Shown: positions 38,225 through 52,149, numbered from the stretch's first letter. The stretch: 64,000 nucleotides of DNA from Octopus bimaculoides (GCF_001194135.2 NC_068986.1:97378698-97442697); one strand, 5' to 3'. The notes: generated by a model not told the origin, from the sequence alone. Made by a program: numbers and translations.

Positions 38225-39400
38225 TGTACAACAGATGTGTAATTTGTCTTATTCATATCATTTTCCAGTCCGGTGTAATATATTAGTTAAAATTTCAGCA
38301 CCACACAGGAACAGAGGTGGGAAAAGGGGAGGCTCCCGGTATATTTCTACTGGAATGAAAATAGGGTAAGTTTTTATAATACCACCGTTTGTCTGTGGCT
38401 GGTGAAGTGTTTGTTGTTTAATCATAGCGTGTTGATCGGGTTCATGTGTTGATCGCATCAAAAGAATTCTGGTAATGAATCCATGCGATGTTCAGACGGT
38501 TCTTTCTCCCACAATGCTCGCTTAGGATCATTCCCTAATTGATCGTTATAGTTAAATGAGCTTTGCAGCCTCCATTCTGCTTTTCTACAAACACGTAACT
38601 TTATGCTTTCTGACTCTACGTTATTTGTAGAGTTGCAGCTCTGTAGGTTTACAAAGATAAACTACGGATCTGTATATTTAATTCTGTTATTTATTTTGTT
38701 TTGGGCATTAAGGTATTTTGGGGTTTTCTACATTCCCTGGTAATCCACGTTCTTTTGCGCTGGAGTTGAAAAACAATTTCATCCAGTTGTTTAATGATTG
38801 TGTCCATTGATCTCCAGAATTTCCTTAGAAATAAAATCTTTCCTCTCCTACTTTTTTCAGCTTCACTTGCTGGTGGTGTTGAATTTATTCCTGTCTTATT
38901 TTTGTATTCGTACGAAGAACTTGAAGAAACCGTTTGTGTTGAGTTGAGTTGAAAAGAAACCGTTTGAGTTGAGTTCTGTTTTGTTCAAAAATTGCTATCA
39001 GTTTTTATACCACCAGATTCATCACGGTTTAATTACTGACTTCTCCTATTCAGGATTTTCTTTTTAGTATGTTATTTTTCTGTAGTATTCGTATCTACTT
39101 CGTTCTATCAGTTGTGTAGTATGATATCTAATTCAGAGATATTTTTCTGTAGGTTTATTTTCATGCTGTGTTTTCGACATTCTTATTTCCATTCGAGTCC
39201 CCATTTTCTTTTTGAAACCGCGGTTGCTCCTTCATATCTTACTCCACTTAAATTGCTGATTTTAATAATTGTATTTGTTTCCCTGAAATCTATGATGTTC
39301 AGTTTTGAACTTTTTAAGTTGTTGCTCTTTTATAAACCTAAGATGATCTTTGATAGTATGTAGGAATATCTATTGTTTTCTTTCTTTCTTTATTTTTATC
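38225..39400 (-). mobile_element. Decayed RLE LINE N-terminal and RT-proximal fragment
   Basis: Minus frames give a WK.RM..(PKWKIR-type) segment, INLQKNISELDII, NTPPASEAEK, ALWEKEPSEHRMDSLPEFF and EILTNILH; many stops. Confidence 0.5.
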
Positions 39401-40209
39401 ATTTGATTCCACCTTTTAAAATAAATTTTCCTTATATTTTCCGAATATTCTATTTCATAAATACTTTTATTTGTGCTGTTATGGTTTAGTTTTTATTGTA
39501 TAGTATTCTTTAGGTTTTCACAGGTTTGGTGCGTTGTGTTATTCATTTGTTTTGCACATGCTGAGACTGTCTTAGTGACTTACATACAGAATGTTTTCAT
39601 GGCTAATGTTTCCTCTCTGTTCTTATATCATTTTGTATTTATGTTCTTAACTTTAGGTCCGAGCTATTTCTCCTTCAAATATATTTTTTACATTAAGAAT
39701 TAAGAGAACGGTGGACGTTAATTTCAGTAATTTTCTCGCCTATTAAACGAACCACAGAGATATTTGTAAATGTTTACATTTTGTTGTATGCATTCCGGTA
39801 AAAAAACAAAAAAACAGTTCATGTCAACAAAACCACGCCCTAAAGCAGGCTAAAATTTTGATTTTTGCACGTAAGAAATACATAGCAACAGAAAACGAAA
39901 GTAAACAAAGTCATTATTAAATAAAATATTACGTGAAAACTAAAAAAATAATTTCAGAGTTCTTAGCATGTATGATAGCGATATGAAAGACTCGCTACAC
40001 AAAAGTAACAACGCTCACGTGCACGCACACTTGTTACCAAGTTTTTAAAATCTTTTCACGTCGCGCATCACAGGCCGAATTCAAACCTCGCCTGCGTCTT
40101 CTCAACAAGAACTACATCATCAGCAACAGCAACGACTACAAAAGCATCGTCAACAATAACAAAATAAAACCACACTGAACAAGAAAATTACCCATGCACT
40201 TAGACTGTC

Positions 40210-41080
40210 TCTAGCGTAATATTTTTTAATATACACAAAGCTCCATCTTAAAGGGACCAGTAGCAGAGATGTATCCATAATGATTCCATCTTCTACCTTT
40301 AAAACATTTATCGGTGGGAAACTAACCTGCCTTTGTCTCATGAAGGGGTGGTGGTGCGTGTTCTCGAAGGAATGGTTAAATGAAGCCCTGGTTTATGTAT
40401 TGTATAACATCTTGTTCACAAATAAGATGAAATTTTACCATCTGTATATTCTTCGAGACCTGGTACGAGGCATGTCGATAGGCAGATATTTTGTGTGTAG
40501 CAGCATTTCAGAAGTTTCTGCTGAAGTACATGATGTAGCATAATACAAGTATGTTTCTCTCGTGATTTGTGGTGTAAATAACGAGGAATGACATATGGAA
40601 ATAGCAGTCATTAATTTCCACTAGGATCATATCAGGACCGTGCTCAGTTGAAAGAACAGAAATGAAGGAAAACAGAGCGGACAACAATCTATTGGAATTT
40701 AGGTTTGTAGCAAGACCTATCTGAGGTGTATTTTGTTCTTGAAGAACTGAAGAAATGTATGACAATAGAAATCGGTGAAAGACCTCCCAACTGTAGTTAC
40801 AAATCTCCAGAGAACTGACAGTTATAGCATCAGAGATGGCTGAAGAGGTCATAGGTCCCCTTGTTTTATGAATCAGTAGTACCACTTTCGTGAAGAGAGT
40901 GAGGAGGAGGAGCGAGAAGGAGAAATCACCATTGAAAATATAAGAGAAAAGGAAAATCTTCACAAATAAGAAGTATGCGTTTCAAAAGAAGCAGGCTGAA
41001 AAGACTAAGAATCTCTGTACTGTAAAAAATTGTCATGGAGTCTCTACTGGCGCTGCTGAAGAGCAGAGAGATGACCACGA
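40210..41080 (-). mobile_element. CR1/L2-group LINE fragment: APE endonuclease end and linker
   Basis: RILLICEDF (GDFN-box-like), HSLHESGTTDS, FFSSSRTKYTSD, PKFQ.IVVRSVF, and RQRQVSFPP linker. Confidence 0.6.
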
Positions 41081-41369
41081 CATATATCCTTCCAAGTATG
41101 AAAGTTAATATTTACGAAAAATAATTTAAGAGGGGTTATAGACATACAATAAAGCGACTGTTAATATCCAACCAAGTATTAAAATATACCTTGATTACGT
41201 ATTGCATGTTTTCGTGTACATATATACTAAATCATTATCTAAATTCTATTTAGAGTCTTTAGCGTTCTCTCTCTTTTATATTTCTATTACATTGTTTGTC
41301 TTCCCTACATGTTTTTGATGTTTATTGTACCGAATGTTATGTGCGATCTCTTTGTGATAAAAAACCGTT

Positions 41370-42517
41370 TATTATCATTATTATTTTTCTTTCCTCAAAT
41401 TTTCTTCCATTTCTCACTGAGTGTTTTCCGTACACCTAGGGCAGAGAAGCTCATTGTATGCATTCCCAGTGTACACACGTAAATTCACAGGTAAAATACG
41501 TAAGTAAAAAAAATTAATAAATAAATAAATTCCTAAATGGATGTTGTTTTCACAGCGATAATGCTCTTCTCAGTACATGAGTCGTTCCAGTTAACACGAT
41601 TTTTTGCACTTCCTGTACGGACAGTAAGCCTGTTATCATTTTCATATAGTTTTCAGTACCTGTCTTTTTACATCATTCCTAGAGATCCTACAATCACTGG
41701 TACGGTAGTCGCCATGAGGTGCCACATTTTTTCAATTTCTATTAGCAAGTCTTTATATATACTGATCTTGTCAAATTCTTTCGCCGCTATATTGTGATCG
41801 CAATGAATACTCATCTCAATTAATAAACACATCATTTTTGTTTGATCTTTTTTTATAATAATATCCGGTTTATTAGCTTTTATAGTTTTGTCGGTATGTA
41901 CGGGGAAGTCCCAGAGAATCGACACATTTTATCCTTCAGTCACAGCTTCAGGATGGTGTTTATACCATTTGTCAGCGGTTTTGATTTTATAATGCTGACA
42001 TATTGTCCAGTGTAAATACTGGCCAACTTTGTCATGTCTTGTTTTATATTCTACAGGTGCTAAGACTCTACACCCTGAGATTAGGTGGTCTATAGTTTCA
42101 ATCGCATCGTTACAAAATCGGCATTTTGGGTCAGCTCCATTTTTTATCACATTGGCTTGGTAGTTCCGGGTTAATAAGCTTTGGTCTTGAGCAGCCAATA
42201 TGAAACCTTCACTCTCTGCTTTTAGCCCTGAACTTCGTAACCACTGATGCGTGCGTTTCTGGTCGACATCAGCTTGTTTGCTACGAGCCACATACTTGCC
42301 ATGCAGAGGTTTCTGTTCCCATCTACTAGCTAGTTTTTCATGTGCTTTTGTCTTTGCAATTAATTTTATTTTCTTTCCAGCAGCAGTTGGCGCATTTCCT
42401 TCAACAAAATCAATCTGGTAGGTATCTAAGAGATCAGTAGCGAATTTCTTGCTTCTCTTTCAGAATAGAGTGATTTTGTTTCGGTTTTTCATGATTTCCA
42501 ACAAGTTTTAGCATCTT
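41370..42517 (-). mobile_element. R4/Dong-type RLE LINE (family D), 5'-truncated, CCHC knuckle and RLE
   Basis: EQKPLHGKYVARSKQADVDQKRTHQWLRSSGLKAESEGFILAAQDQSLLTRNY, CRFCNDAIETIDHLISGC, RHDKVGQYLHW, ILWDFPVHTDKTIKANKPDII, YKDLLIEIEKMW; 3' UTR matches 200-310. Confidence 0.95.
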
Positions 42518-42973
42518 TATTATTATTATTATTATTATCATTATTACCAAGTGAGAGAGCAATGCATGCCAACAAACTGACATAGGGCTAAAATATACGA
42601 AACCCAATATAACTATCATGACTACCCTTCTGGTAAGGGTACACTAGACACATGCATCACAACCATATGGGCACTACACGGTGATCTCATATAAAAATAA
42701 GAAGCATATAACCTCTTCGGGTAGAGAGGCCCATCCCGCTGAAAAGATCACCGAATAAAGGTTGTTTAAAGCTGTTGAACGAAACACTCGTGTTTCCAGA
42801 GGTAAATTATTCAAACCCCAAAGAATACCTCTGATGCTCTCCCACTACTCATGATCGGAGATGCACATATTGTTAGCCACCAAAGGGCACGCTCAACTGG
42901 TTAAGGTCAAACAACTTACAAGCAAATCTGTGGTATGGAACAGAATATTTGTTGTAGCCCATCTTTTGTACGA

Positions 42974-42980
<7 letters not shown>
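42518..42980 (-). mobile_element. Non-coding SINE-like repeat with (TAA)n tail, also abutting (TAA/CAA)n at its 5' end
   Basis: No coding signature. Minus strand ends gcattgctctctcacttggtaataatgataataat. Microsatellite 42980-43045 is immediately upstream. A second partial copy lies at 352-412. Confidence 0.7.
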
Positions 42981-43004
<24 letters not shown>

Positions 43005-43005
43005 T

Positions 43006-43059
<54 letters not shown>

Positions 43060-43544
43060 ATTATTAGATGCTACTTTAGTTAGCAGTGATACTATCTTGA
43101 GATTTGGTGATAAAATGTGTCCTTAGATCTCAAGATTTTTTCTTGGAATCCTTGCAAACAAAATGGATGGCATTTTCCAGCAGATTGACAAGGAATGACC
43201 AATAACCCTCAGTCTGTCACATAGCCGTGTTTGTACGCGCGCGCGCGCGGTAAACCAAATTCATTAATTACCACAGGAACTTTTCAAAATCACTGCAGCT
43301 AGGATTTGGTATTTCTGAATTTTCCGTATTTCAATCTTATTCACTCTCTTACCATATGGTTTTGAAATGTTTATAATCTATAATCTTACACTGTTTGTCT
43401 ATGATCTTATACTGTTTGTTTGTCGTCTACAATCATATCTAGTCTTTGTAGAGTAATCTCATTAAATCCTCTAATTATCAGTCAACATTACAGCATATCG
43501 TTCGTTTTCCTACCATTTTTCTATTATCTTGAATCCCCATATTC

Positions 43545-43739
43545 TGCTAGCATCTCAATGCATTCTGTTACCGAGGGGCCTGTTACACCTCGGCTTATGC
43601 CCTTTTTGGTCTTGCCTACTACATAAATTTAAGGGATAGTTAAGAATTTTGTCTCCTTGCCCTGCGTTTGTTCACTGATTGAATTTCATCGGTCTGGTTT
43701 TCTATCAAGTTTGTCCCAATGACTTGTCCCTGAGTAGCT

Positions 43740-43783
<44 letters not shown>

Positions 43784-43785
43784 AA
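43545..43785 (+). mobile_element. Retroposon 3' end with (GAT)n tail (family unassigned)
   Basis: gcattctgttaccgaggggcctgttacacc...ttgtccctgagtagct(atg)n. Confidence 0.5.
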
Positions 43786-44140
43786 TTATTAAAATTAAAA
43801 TACAATAAAAATTTAATACAGTAATGCTAATAATGATATAATGAAAAAATACTGCATTTCCGGCGTCGAAGACGCTTCGTCCGCGAGGGCGCACTCTAGA
43901 AAATAATAAAGATAAAAATAAAGTCCCGGCACTTCGGGTTTTGTTACATTTACAGATGCAGTGAATAAACAAAAAATGATTCACTGTAACTTACAGCACG
44001 CCACTTAAAATGTTCCTATAATTTATTTTGGCTGTTCGTCTAACACATATTTGCATTATCACTTATGTTGGGTATCCGTGACTGTCTCCCGTTGTGATTC
44101 CACACTCGCATCTGTAAAACTAACAATAGGTAGCACTCAC

Positions 44141-44242
44141 CTACTTTACCAATTTGTTTTGTGGCACCGTCAGTACAGAGACATAGTATGGTAAGTTTAC
44201 TATCAAAGTCTACGCCTACCGTTATGTACCCATTGTAATGCA
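44141..44242 (-). CDS. Candidate symmetric phase-1 exon (102 nt) with a Rab switch-I-like motif
   Basis: ccccgttgtagtgtagttag|TGCATT...AAGTAG|gtgagt; reads VHYNGYITVGVDFDSKLTILCLCTDGATKQIGKV. Confidence 0.3.
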
Positions 44243-45029
44243 CTAACTACACTACAACGGGGATGTATTCAATGAGAGGGATAGGAGGAAATGCCACCCC
44301 ACCACCATCACCAACCGAGAAACTTTTCAAATTTGACTGTTTTGTTTAAATATGTATGAAAGAAAGCATATTTTTGTACTACCAACAACCCTTGAAGGGA
44401 TTAGTATAATTTTTTTTCAGTATCTCTGAACATATTACACTATCATTTCATTGAACAATTTCAATGAACCAGACCTCAGATCCACCCCTCACCAGAAATT
44501 TCTGGATCCACTCCTGCACTACGATTCTCCAATTCGACTACTCCCTGCTCGGCTCAGCAGTGATTTTTTTATCTTCATGTGTTTCATCAGAAAGGTTTTT
44601 GGCCAATAGTGTCTCAGTTCATGCAAGTGGACGGGGCAACCGCTGGTGCAGTATTTTAAGATTTTGTAGTATTGGATGTAGACTTATGCAATACTTCTTT
44701 TTATTCCAGACAAAAGAAAAACTAAACTTCACAATAGGAAAATTATTGTGTGAAATACGGAATAACATTTTATTGAACGGTTACACTTTTAAAGATTCCA
44801 CATGAAGATGACATCCCAAAGAGAATAAAGTAAAAATAAAATAAAGATTACATTAAAATCTACACAACAAAAAAACATTTCAATCATAAAATCCTGAAAA
44901 TATTTCCCTTATTGTTACCATTTATAGAAGTACCACACAGACATAACATCACATGGAACAAAATAAATACAGAACATATTAATATCTGTATAGTTGAAAT
45001 ATAAAAAATCAGAAAACATATTTCAATCT

Positions 45030-46855
45030 TCAAATCCTGAAAATATCTCGCGTTATTACCGTTTGTAAACATTTTTGACGGACATGACAAAACAAACGTT
45101 ACAATTAAATTACAATAGAAAGAAGATTAAAAATTGTGCAAATATTAAACGTACGAATTTCAGGAAAATATTTCATTCTTCAAATTCTGAAAACTGACTG
45201 CAGTCATTCATAGCCCCAAAACCAGAAAAATCATCAGGGTCGACAGTACTGTCCGAAGTGTCACTATCTTCAAACAGAATGTCATCGTCTGTGCCATTAC
45301 TGATGCTACATTTTAAAAAGATTTTACTACTACTTCAATTTCCACAGCGCTTCATGATTTCAAGACCCACTCGCACACCTGAGCAATTGTTGACCTTTTC
45401 ATATGACCTGTTGGTGTTAGGCCATGGTAAAAGGCTCTCATCTACCGATTCCACTCTTCTTTCATAAATGTCATTAAAGACTTGTCGATTGATACGTCAA
45501 GTGGTTCTAATTGGCTTGTTAAATCTCCAGGCATTACCGCCATTTCCGTTTTCAATTTCTGCACCCTTTCTTTAATAATTTTTGTTTTGTGGGCACAAAA
45601 CTGGTCCCACACAAGAAGGGATGGTTTTTTAAAGTGGTCACCAGAACGCTTTGACCAGACCTTATCTGGCCATAGCTCCACTCCTCCTTCATCCGTCTGC
45701 CCCTTTGGGTGGACGTGAACAAAACTTACACGTGGAATTTTGTCCTTTGGTAAACTTTTCCTCTAGAAAACAGGCAGCGGTGGCAGTTTTGTTCCATCAG
45801 CACAAGATACTACCGCAGTACAATGCATTTTCTCATATCCAGATGTCTTTACACTTACGGTTTAGGACCCTTTAACACCCATTGTTCTATTTAATACGAC
45901 ATCAAACGTTAGTGACACCTTAGGCACGTTTCCGATCTGACTCAGTCCGTAGTCAGTCTCTTTTCTTGCACTGATTAGGAACCTGTGAGATTCGATTATT
46001 TTGTTATTTACTTTTGTGCTATTCTTGTTTTCCATCTCATTGCCAGTTCGTACCACTTCATAAATCAGTCACACCAGCTTGAAGTACCATGAAAATCATC
46101 CAGACTTTGTGCTGCTGCCCACACCTTTGATTCATTAATTATCATTTCTATCCTTAATGCAAGACCCGAATTTCTCCTGCAACTATCCACTCCTTCATCT
46201 CTTGCTCCAGTTCTGGCCACTTAGCTGCAGTCTGATGCCGGTTACGTTTCGGTCTTGATGCAGGCTTCAACATGTTTTCTTGTTTCTTCCATTAGCGGAT
46301 CATTTTCTCAGTTGGGGGTTGTCTCTCTGCAACCCTGTTGCCATGCTGTTTGGTATATTTAATCACTTGTCGCTTGTAGCCGATTGTGTAAGAGTACCTT
46401 CTGCTTGGCTTGAGTTTGCCATAATAATGGTTGTGCTAAAAATTTGAAGTAAAATCTTCTGAAGTTGGGAATCACGTCAGCAAGTCAAAGTTTGAACTGG
46501 TTAAGACCATGGCTTTCAGAGATCAGAGAGGAAGCCTATGTTGCTGTCTGAACGCAACACGTTTCCTCACAGAGAGTGACTAAGTGATGATTGAATGCAA
46601 CACGTTTCATCACAGAAACTAAGTAATTACGATAGCATTGTTATAAATATTTGCTTGAAAACCCTTTTAGTATACCGCTGTTTTACTTGTTTCGGCACTT
46701 AATAATGTTTCCTTAAAGTCAGCTTGTTTGAAGAGAGTGATAATATCGGCAATATAAATACACATGTAAAATATCACTCGTACGTTGCCTCGTCTAACAT
46801 ACACTACCCATATGGAAATGAATTTTTGTGATTGCGTATATTTAAGAAAAATAAA
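45030..46855 (-). mobile_element. pogo-family (POGK-like) DNA transposon, degenerate
   Basis: From ATG 46422: RRYSYTIGYKRQVIKY (Brinker-like DBD), AAKWPELEQEMKEWI (CENP-B HTH), SQIGNVPKVSLTFDV, LLVWDQFCAH, AVMPGDLTSQLEPLDVSI (DDE_1), acidic C-terminus near 45250. Termini are degenerate and approximate. Confidence 0.9.
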
Positions 46856-46889
46856 TTATGATAATTTTGTTTATTTAATTATGATAATT

Positions 46890-47208
46890 TTTGTTTATTG
46901 AACTGCAGCTGGTTGTTTGTTTCATTGGATATTTGCTATATAAAGTGTTTTGTGTTTGGATTGTTTTGTTTAAATTATATTATTGAATTGATAGTGTCTT
47001 GCATAGCATGTAGGCTGTTCTTTGCAGGGCTATTTTTATGGATAATGTTTAGTATGGAAGGTCCAGGTTTAGCTTCTACGTTTTTGTTCATATGTTTTTT
47101 TATCGGGCCTAACGCTCCTATTATTACTGGCATTGTTTACACCTTCATAACCCACATCTTGAATACTTCGATTTCGAGGTTCTTGTACTGTGACAATTTC
47201 TGTTATAT
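46890..47208 (-). mobile_element. RLE LINE 3' fragment (family C); 5' truncation abuts (TAA)n
   Basis: QKLSQYKNLEIEVFKMWVMKV.TMPVIIGALGPIKKHMNK. Confidence 0.8.
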
Positions 47209-47209
47209 T

Positions 47210-47217
47210 ATTATTAA

Positions 47218-47314
<97 letters not shown>

Positions 47315-48300
47315 GACGCCGTACAGTATACAATATCGTGAGGTTGTAGATTGAAAATATTGTGTCTACCGGGGGTTTGTAGTGTTTGTCAAGTCACAAC
47401 AAAGGACCTCAGACAGACAGTACTTTACGCAATATACGTGTAGTTCCTAGTAATGCCGACTTTTCCAATACATCAAAATTGTAGGGTATCTCTAAGGTTT
47501 TCAGATGTTTTTTCCCCTCAGATTGGGTGGTATTGAACCCAATGCTTCGATAACAACAGGAATAACTTGTATGCTCGACTCTCGTAGCTACCACGTTTTA
47601 GCAATCTCAGTTCTCAGGTCTCCATATTTATCAACTTTTTCTCTCTCTTTCATGAATATATGTCTGGAAATCAAAGTTCCAGGAGATTTTTACCTTCCCC
47701 TTTTCGTCTATTACATTTTCTGGTGTATGTTGGTACCAAGCACCCGTGACCTCATATCCATACTTACGGCGTAGTCGTCAGTGGAGGTTTTGGGCTACAT
47801 TATCGTGTCTACACTTGTACTCTTTCTGCGCAAGACTTTCACAAGCACAAACAATGTGAGTCACACATTCGACCCTCTTCCCACACATTCTGCAGAGGTC
47901 CTGTGCACTAGTGTGGTATATATTCTTTTTAACTGAGTTGGTATTCAGTGCCTGGTCCCAGGCTTTCAGTATTCTTTTTTAGGTCACTCTCCTTGAAACA
48001 GCCCATGATGCTTCCTGGTCTTTAATTTGTTGCTTTCACGGTGGAATTGGCCATGTAATTCCATACAGAGTAGGGTTTCTTCTCTCTCGTTGGATGTTCT
48101 TGTTCGGAATTCATGAGCAAGCAGCTGCAGTATGTTGGATTAATAGATATGTTAGAGCTTTGAACAAAATAAAGAGCGTTATTTATTCTGGTTCTTTATA
48201 TTCCGCAGAATCCAACTTTATATTTCCTCCTTTCGAGGTTAATAACAACATTTCTGTGGTCCAACAATCTCTACTTGTGATTATCAACTCAGCCAGATTC
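47210..48300 (-). mobile_element. RLE LINE 3' half (family-B-related) with long (TAA)n tail at 47210-47312
   Basis: DQEASWA, CRMCGKRVECVTHIVCACESLAQKEYKCRHDNVAQ, VDKYGDLRTEIAKTW, FDVLEKSALLGTTRILRKVLSV*; 3' UTR starts gaggtcctttgttgtgacttgaca as at 36636. Confidence 0.88.
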
Positions 48301-48769
48301 TAGTGGCCACGGTAGGAAAGATCGAAGGCACGCATATAAGCAGTCTCACCTACAGAAGGCATTAAAACACTGAAGTGAAAGTCATTGCCTGCTGTTTCAT
48401 TTTCAATTTCGAGAGACAATTCACTTATAACTATTGTAACGTCGGTATTATTGCTAAAGCCGTTGTTATCGTTATTATTATTTTTTTTTTTTGACGTCTT
48501 CATTGCTTTTAGGTTTTCATATTTATATTTAAGCATTAGGAAAATACAAAAGCATAAATTCTAAAGGAAGACAAAATACTTTTATCAATCATTTCTACCC
48601 TACATTTTTATATTTTTGTCATGCTGCTTTCGTTGTTTATTTAAGCAAATTTAATTTTGAATTAACTCGAAATGAATATACAGTAATCATACAGTAATCG
48701 CATTACAGTTGCACCTGTTATGTGTTATAATATTATAATCTTACAGAAGAAACAACATATGTTGTTGCT

Positions 48770-48930
48770 ATTGATTTTATACGTAGGCACAAGTCCATGC
48801 ATTTCTGAGATGGAGAATTTGTGAGTATAAGTAAACCAATTCGCGGTTTACTCAACTGATTTTATTGAAGTCTGACGGATAGGCATCAACCGTAGTGAAT
48901 CTCGGCAGAATTTGAGCGCTGTCAGTATCA
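48770..48930 (-). mobile_element. Decayed tRNA-derived SINE
   Basis: Minus strand gctcaaattctgccgagattcac...aataaaatcagttgag...ggacttgtgcctacgtataaaa. Confidence 0.55.
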
Positions 48931-50395
48931 ATACTATTTTTTTTTCTAACTAACAGGAATATCTTAAACGAAAATAATTGACCGTCACCGAAAAACATGA
49001 AAAATAAAAGTGAGACGAAATTGAACTTAAAATTGAATAAAATAAATTATTTATGTTTCTGGAGATAGGGGCAATAAATACCGCGAGTGTAAAAGTAATT
49101 TTAGAATTCAAAATTTTATGACTGATATGTTGTAACTGATGAAATATTAAAATTAAAAAAAATTAAATTAAAAATTAAGACAAGAATGAATGGGTATTCT
49201 GTAAACAAGTAAAATTATACATGCAAAGACAAAGAAATACGCTCACTATGAGGAAGTGAGAGATGTAGGCATGGATAAAAGGAAAGCACGTTGAAGGTAA
49301 AAAGAAAGATTGGGAAAACAAGGGAAGAGAGAAAAGCAATGAGAAAAAGAAAACGACGAGATAAAATACAAATGAGAGCAGGGAGTAGAGTTCAAAGATA
49401 CTAACAGTTCCAACTAACAACTTTTATGAAATACGGAGAGAGAAAAGCATGAAAATGGTTTAAAGTTATAAGAACAGATGCAATAGATAGAAAATTAAAT
49501 AGGTGCGACGGAGGTAAAGACAAAAACACATACACACATACACACAGAAGCAGAAACAAGCCAAATGACATAAAACGGTCGAAGTTCACTTTTGAAATAT
49601 GGACAAAATATATATGCATAGGGACATATAAGAAGTCAACCAACTAAATTAGAAGAGTCATAATGTAGAAGCAATAATTTTAAAAGTGAGTCATAAAATA
49701 TTGGGATAAACATTTGTGTAACGTTTATAATGATCAATAGAAATTCCCTTTTAAAGGTGAAAACCCCCCCCCAGAAATCGGGAAACATTTATAAAATCTT
49801 TATAGATCAAGTGTTCACCTGCTATTTTTTCCGCATTGTACCACACTTATACGCTAGTACACGCATCTATTTATGTGTGTGTATGTGTGTGTTGCGTGTG
49901 TGTCGTGTGTGCTACAGTATGCGCGCACGTATGTATAAACTAGCTCCCATAATATATATATATCAAAGCGTGAGTATACAGTTGCTTAATATGAGTGAAC
50001 TGTTCATTTCATTCCTGTATTTCTTTTTAGGATGGCTAAGTGGGTTAAAGGGATCTGCGAGTAAATTCCGAATTCATTGGAAGCTCTTTGGAAATTTATG
50101 AAATCTTTGAGTGAATGCTTAAGCAACAAGAATTTCATTGTCTTCATTGGTAATACTGGTCGTTCGACCACTTTTCTGTGCCTAGTCTTCTCAAATTTGC
50201 AATCCATTTCTGTGTTCTCTGTTTACTCGTAGTATTTGAAGCCACATAATAAATATTTGAAATAAGGAATAATTATTTTATTTTAGAAATCATTACTTTA
50301 AAAAGAACATAGAATTCTGATCCTGAAAAAGAAATAGAGAAATGTAAAGAACATTCCACTCAAATTAATTAACTGTACACTTACTTTTGCTCACC

Positions 50396-50455
<60 letters not shown>

Positions 50456-52149
50456 TGCATGTATGTATGTATGTATGTATGTACGTACGTACGTACGTGC
50501 GTATGTATATATAACACGTTTCATGATTGAAAAGCAAGTTGCTGAACCATTTTACCATATTTGATGCAGTATTTATATCCACATGTAACGGACGTGTATG
50601 ATTGCATGTTTGTTTCTGTCTATGTGTGTGTTTCTGTCTGTGAGTGTGTTTGTGTCTGTGTGTATGTTTCAATAGTTTTGGGTACATCGATTCCATGAAT
50701 CCACGCTTTTGACAAGTTATTTCGACATAGAAATAATTATTATTTTACTAGCTGCAAAAAAAAAAAGCATAACACGGCATGGTGTTTCCATTGCATAAAA
50801 ATACAAACAATATTTAACATGAATTATAACGAGCATAAGGTCTTAATTTCCATCACTCGTCTGTTGAAGGACCCTGTCTAGGTCTTCCAATTTCGAATTG
50901 GAATTTATGTACAAAATGGTTTGATTTTCTATATTGCAATGTGTGAGAATGAATGCAAATTCACCACGCAAAAATAAAATAAAGACAAAAATGTATGTTT
51001 ATATAAAAAGACCTACTAGATAAAAAAGACCTACTAAAAGGATATTTAGAATATCTTTCATAAGAATCACGTCTGTGATTATCAATAGATGAAAGTCTAC
51101 GCAAAAAAATATTCAGTAGGAGAAAGAAAAATTATGCTTGGTTGTGTATGCATATAAGAACTGTCAAATTGCTAAAAGCCGCAAGAAACTCTGAAATAAA
51201 TTATGTAAATTGTAAAAATACATAACGTTAAACTAATTATAAACTGATTTAATGAAAAAAGCAGAAAGACACTGTTTATATAAATTTTGGATACTAGCCA
51301 ATAGTGTAGGAAAAACAAAACCGATACCAGACACGAACGAGAAGTAAATCTAAAGGGAATAATATTAATCTGTATAAGAAACGTGATTGCGGGAGCCTAA
51401 AAACAGTCATGTTTAGTATATAAAATATATAAATATTTGAATCTATTCAAAATAATAATAAAAAAAACAACGCAAAATGCAATAAATCTATTGTATTAAG
51501 TAATAGCTAATTCCACTGTGTGCTATATAATATTCTATAAAAATGCGAATTCAAATAAATTCCAATTGACGTATTAATATTCATTAGAACAAAGCATTTT
51601 GAAAGTCCATTTAACCAGCTACTCGAAATAGACCAATGTAATGTTTCTTTCTTAACAGAATATTGAGTTATATTCATTTTAATGTTAAAAAATTATCATT
51701 TTTCTCCCCTTTCTCCTTAACATTCTCTTTCATCTACCCGTCTGCTAAAGGGGTACATGAAAGGAAATGTTACGGAGAGAGAAGAGAATATATTAATCTG
51801 CTTTTACATCTTAATGCTACTTCAAATAAAATGGAAGTTCCTTTTACTGAAATATATAATGAAAGTAAAACCTTTCTATTCACCTCTCTCTCTTAATGTG
51901 ACTTTTATTCTTGTCGTCTTATGTATAAATATTGAAAGGTGAAAATTTATTCACTAGCTGAAGAAAACAAAAGGTGACACGTGAAGCCCAGTCACCTTGA
52001 GCTTTAACTCTGTAATAAAGTTGACTCTATTCTCGTTACTGAATCAACTCATCGGTAAATTGATCGTTATTATTCTGAAATTATCTTTAAAATAATGACC
52101 TTAAAAATAATAATCTTTAAAATAATGACCTTTATGATGCTAATCCACT

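Noticed and set aside
44255-44517. Possible MITE (ggggatgtattca ... ctggatccactcct)
   Set aside because: Terminal similarity is too weak to call and no TSD was found.
50004-50207. 67-aa minus ORF and strong plus-strand acceptor at 50030
   Set aside because: No matching donor or recognisable product; plus frames close quickly.
52080-52135. 27-bp tandem duplication (similar short ones near 8000, 11077, 38925, 46855 and 51005)
   Set aside because: Ordinary two-copy slippage duplications with no further structure.
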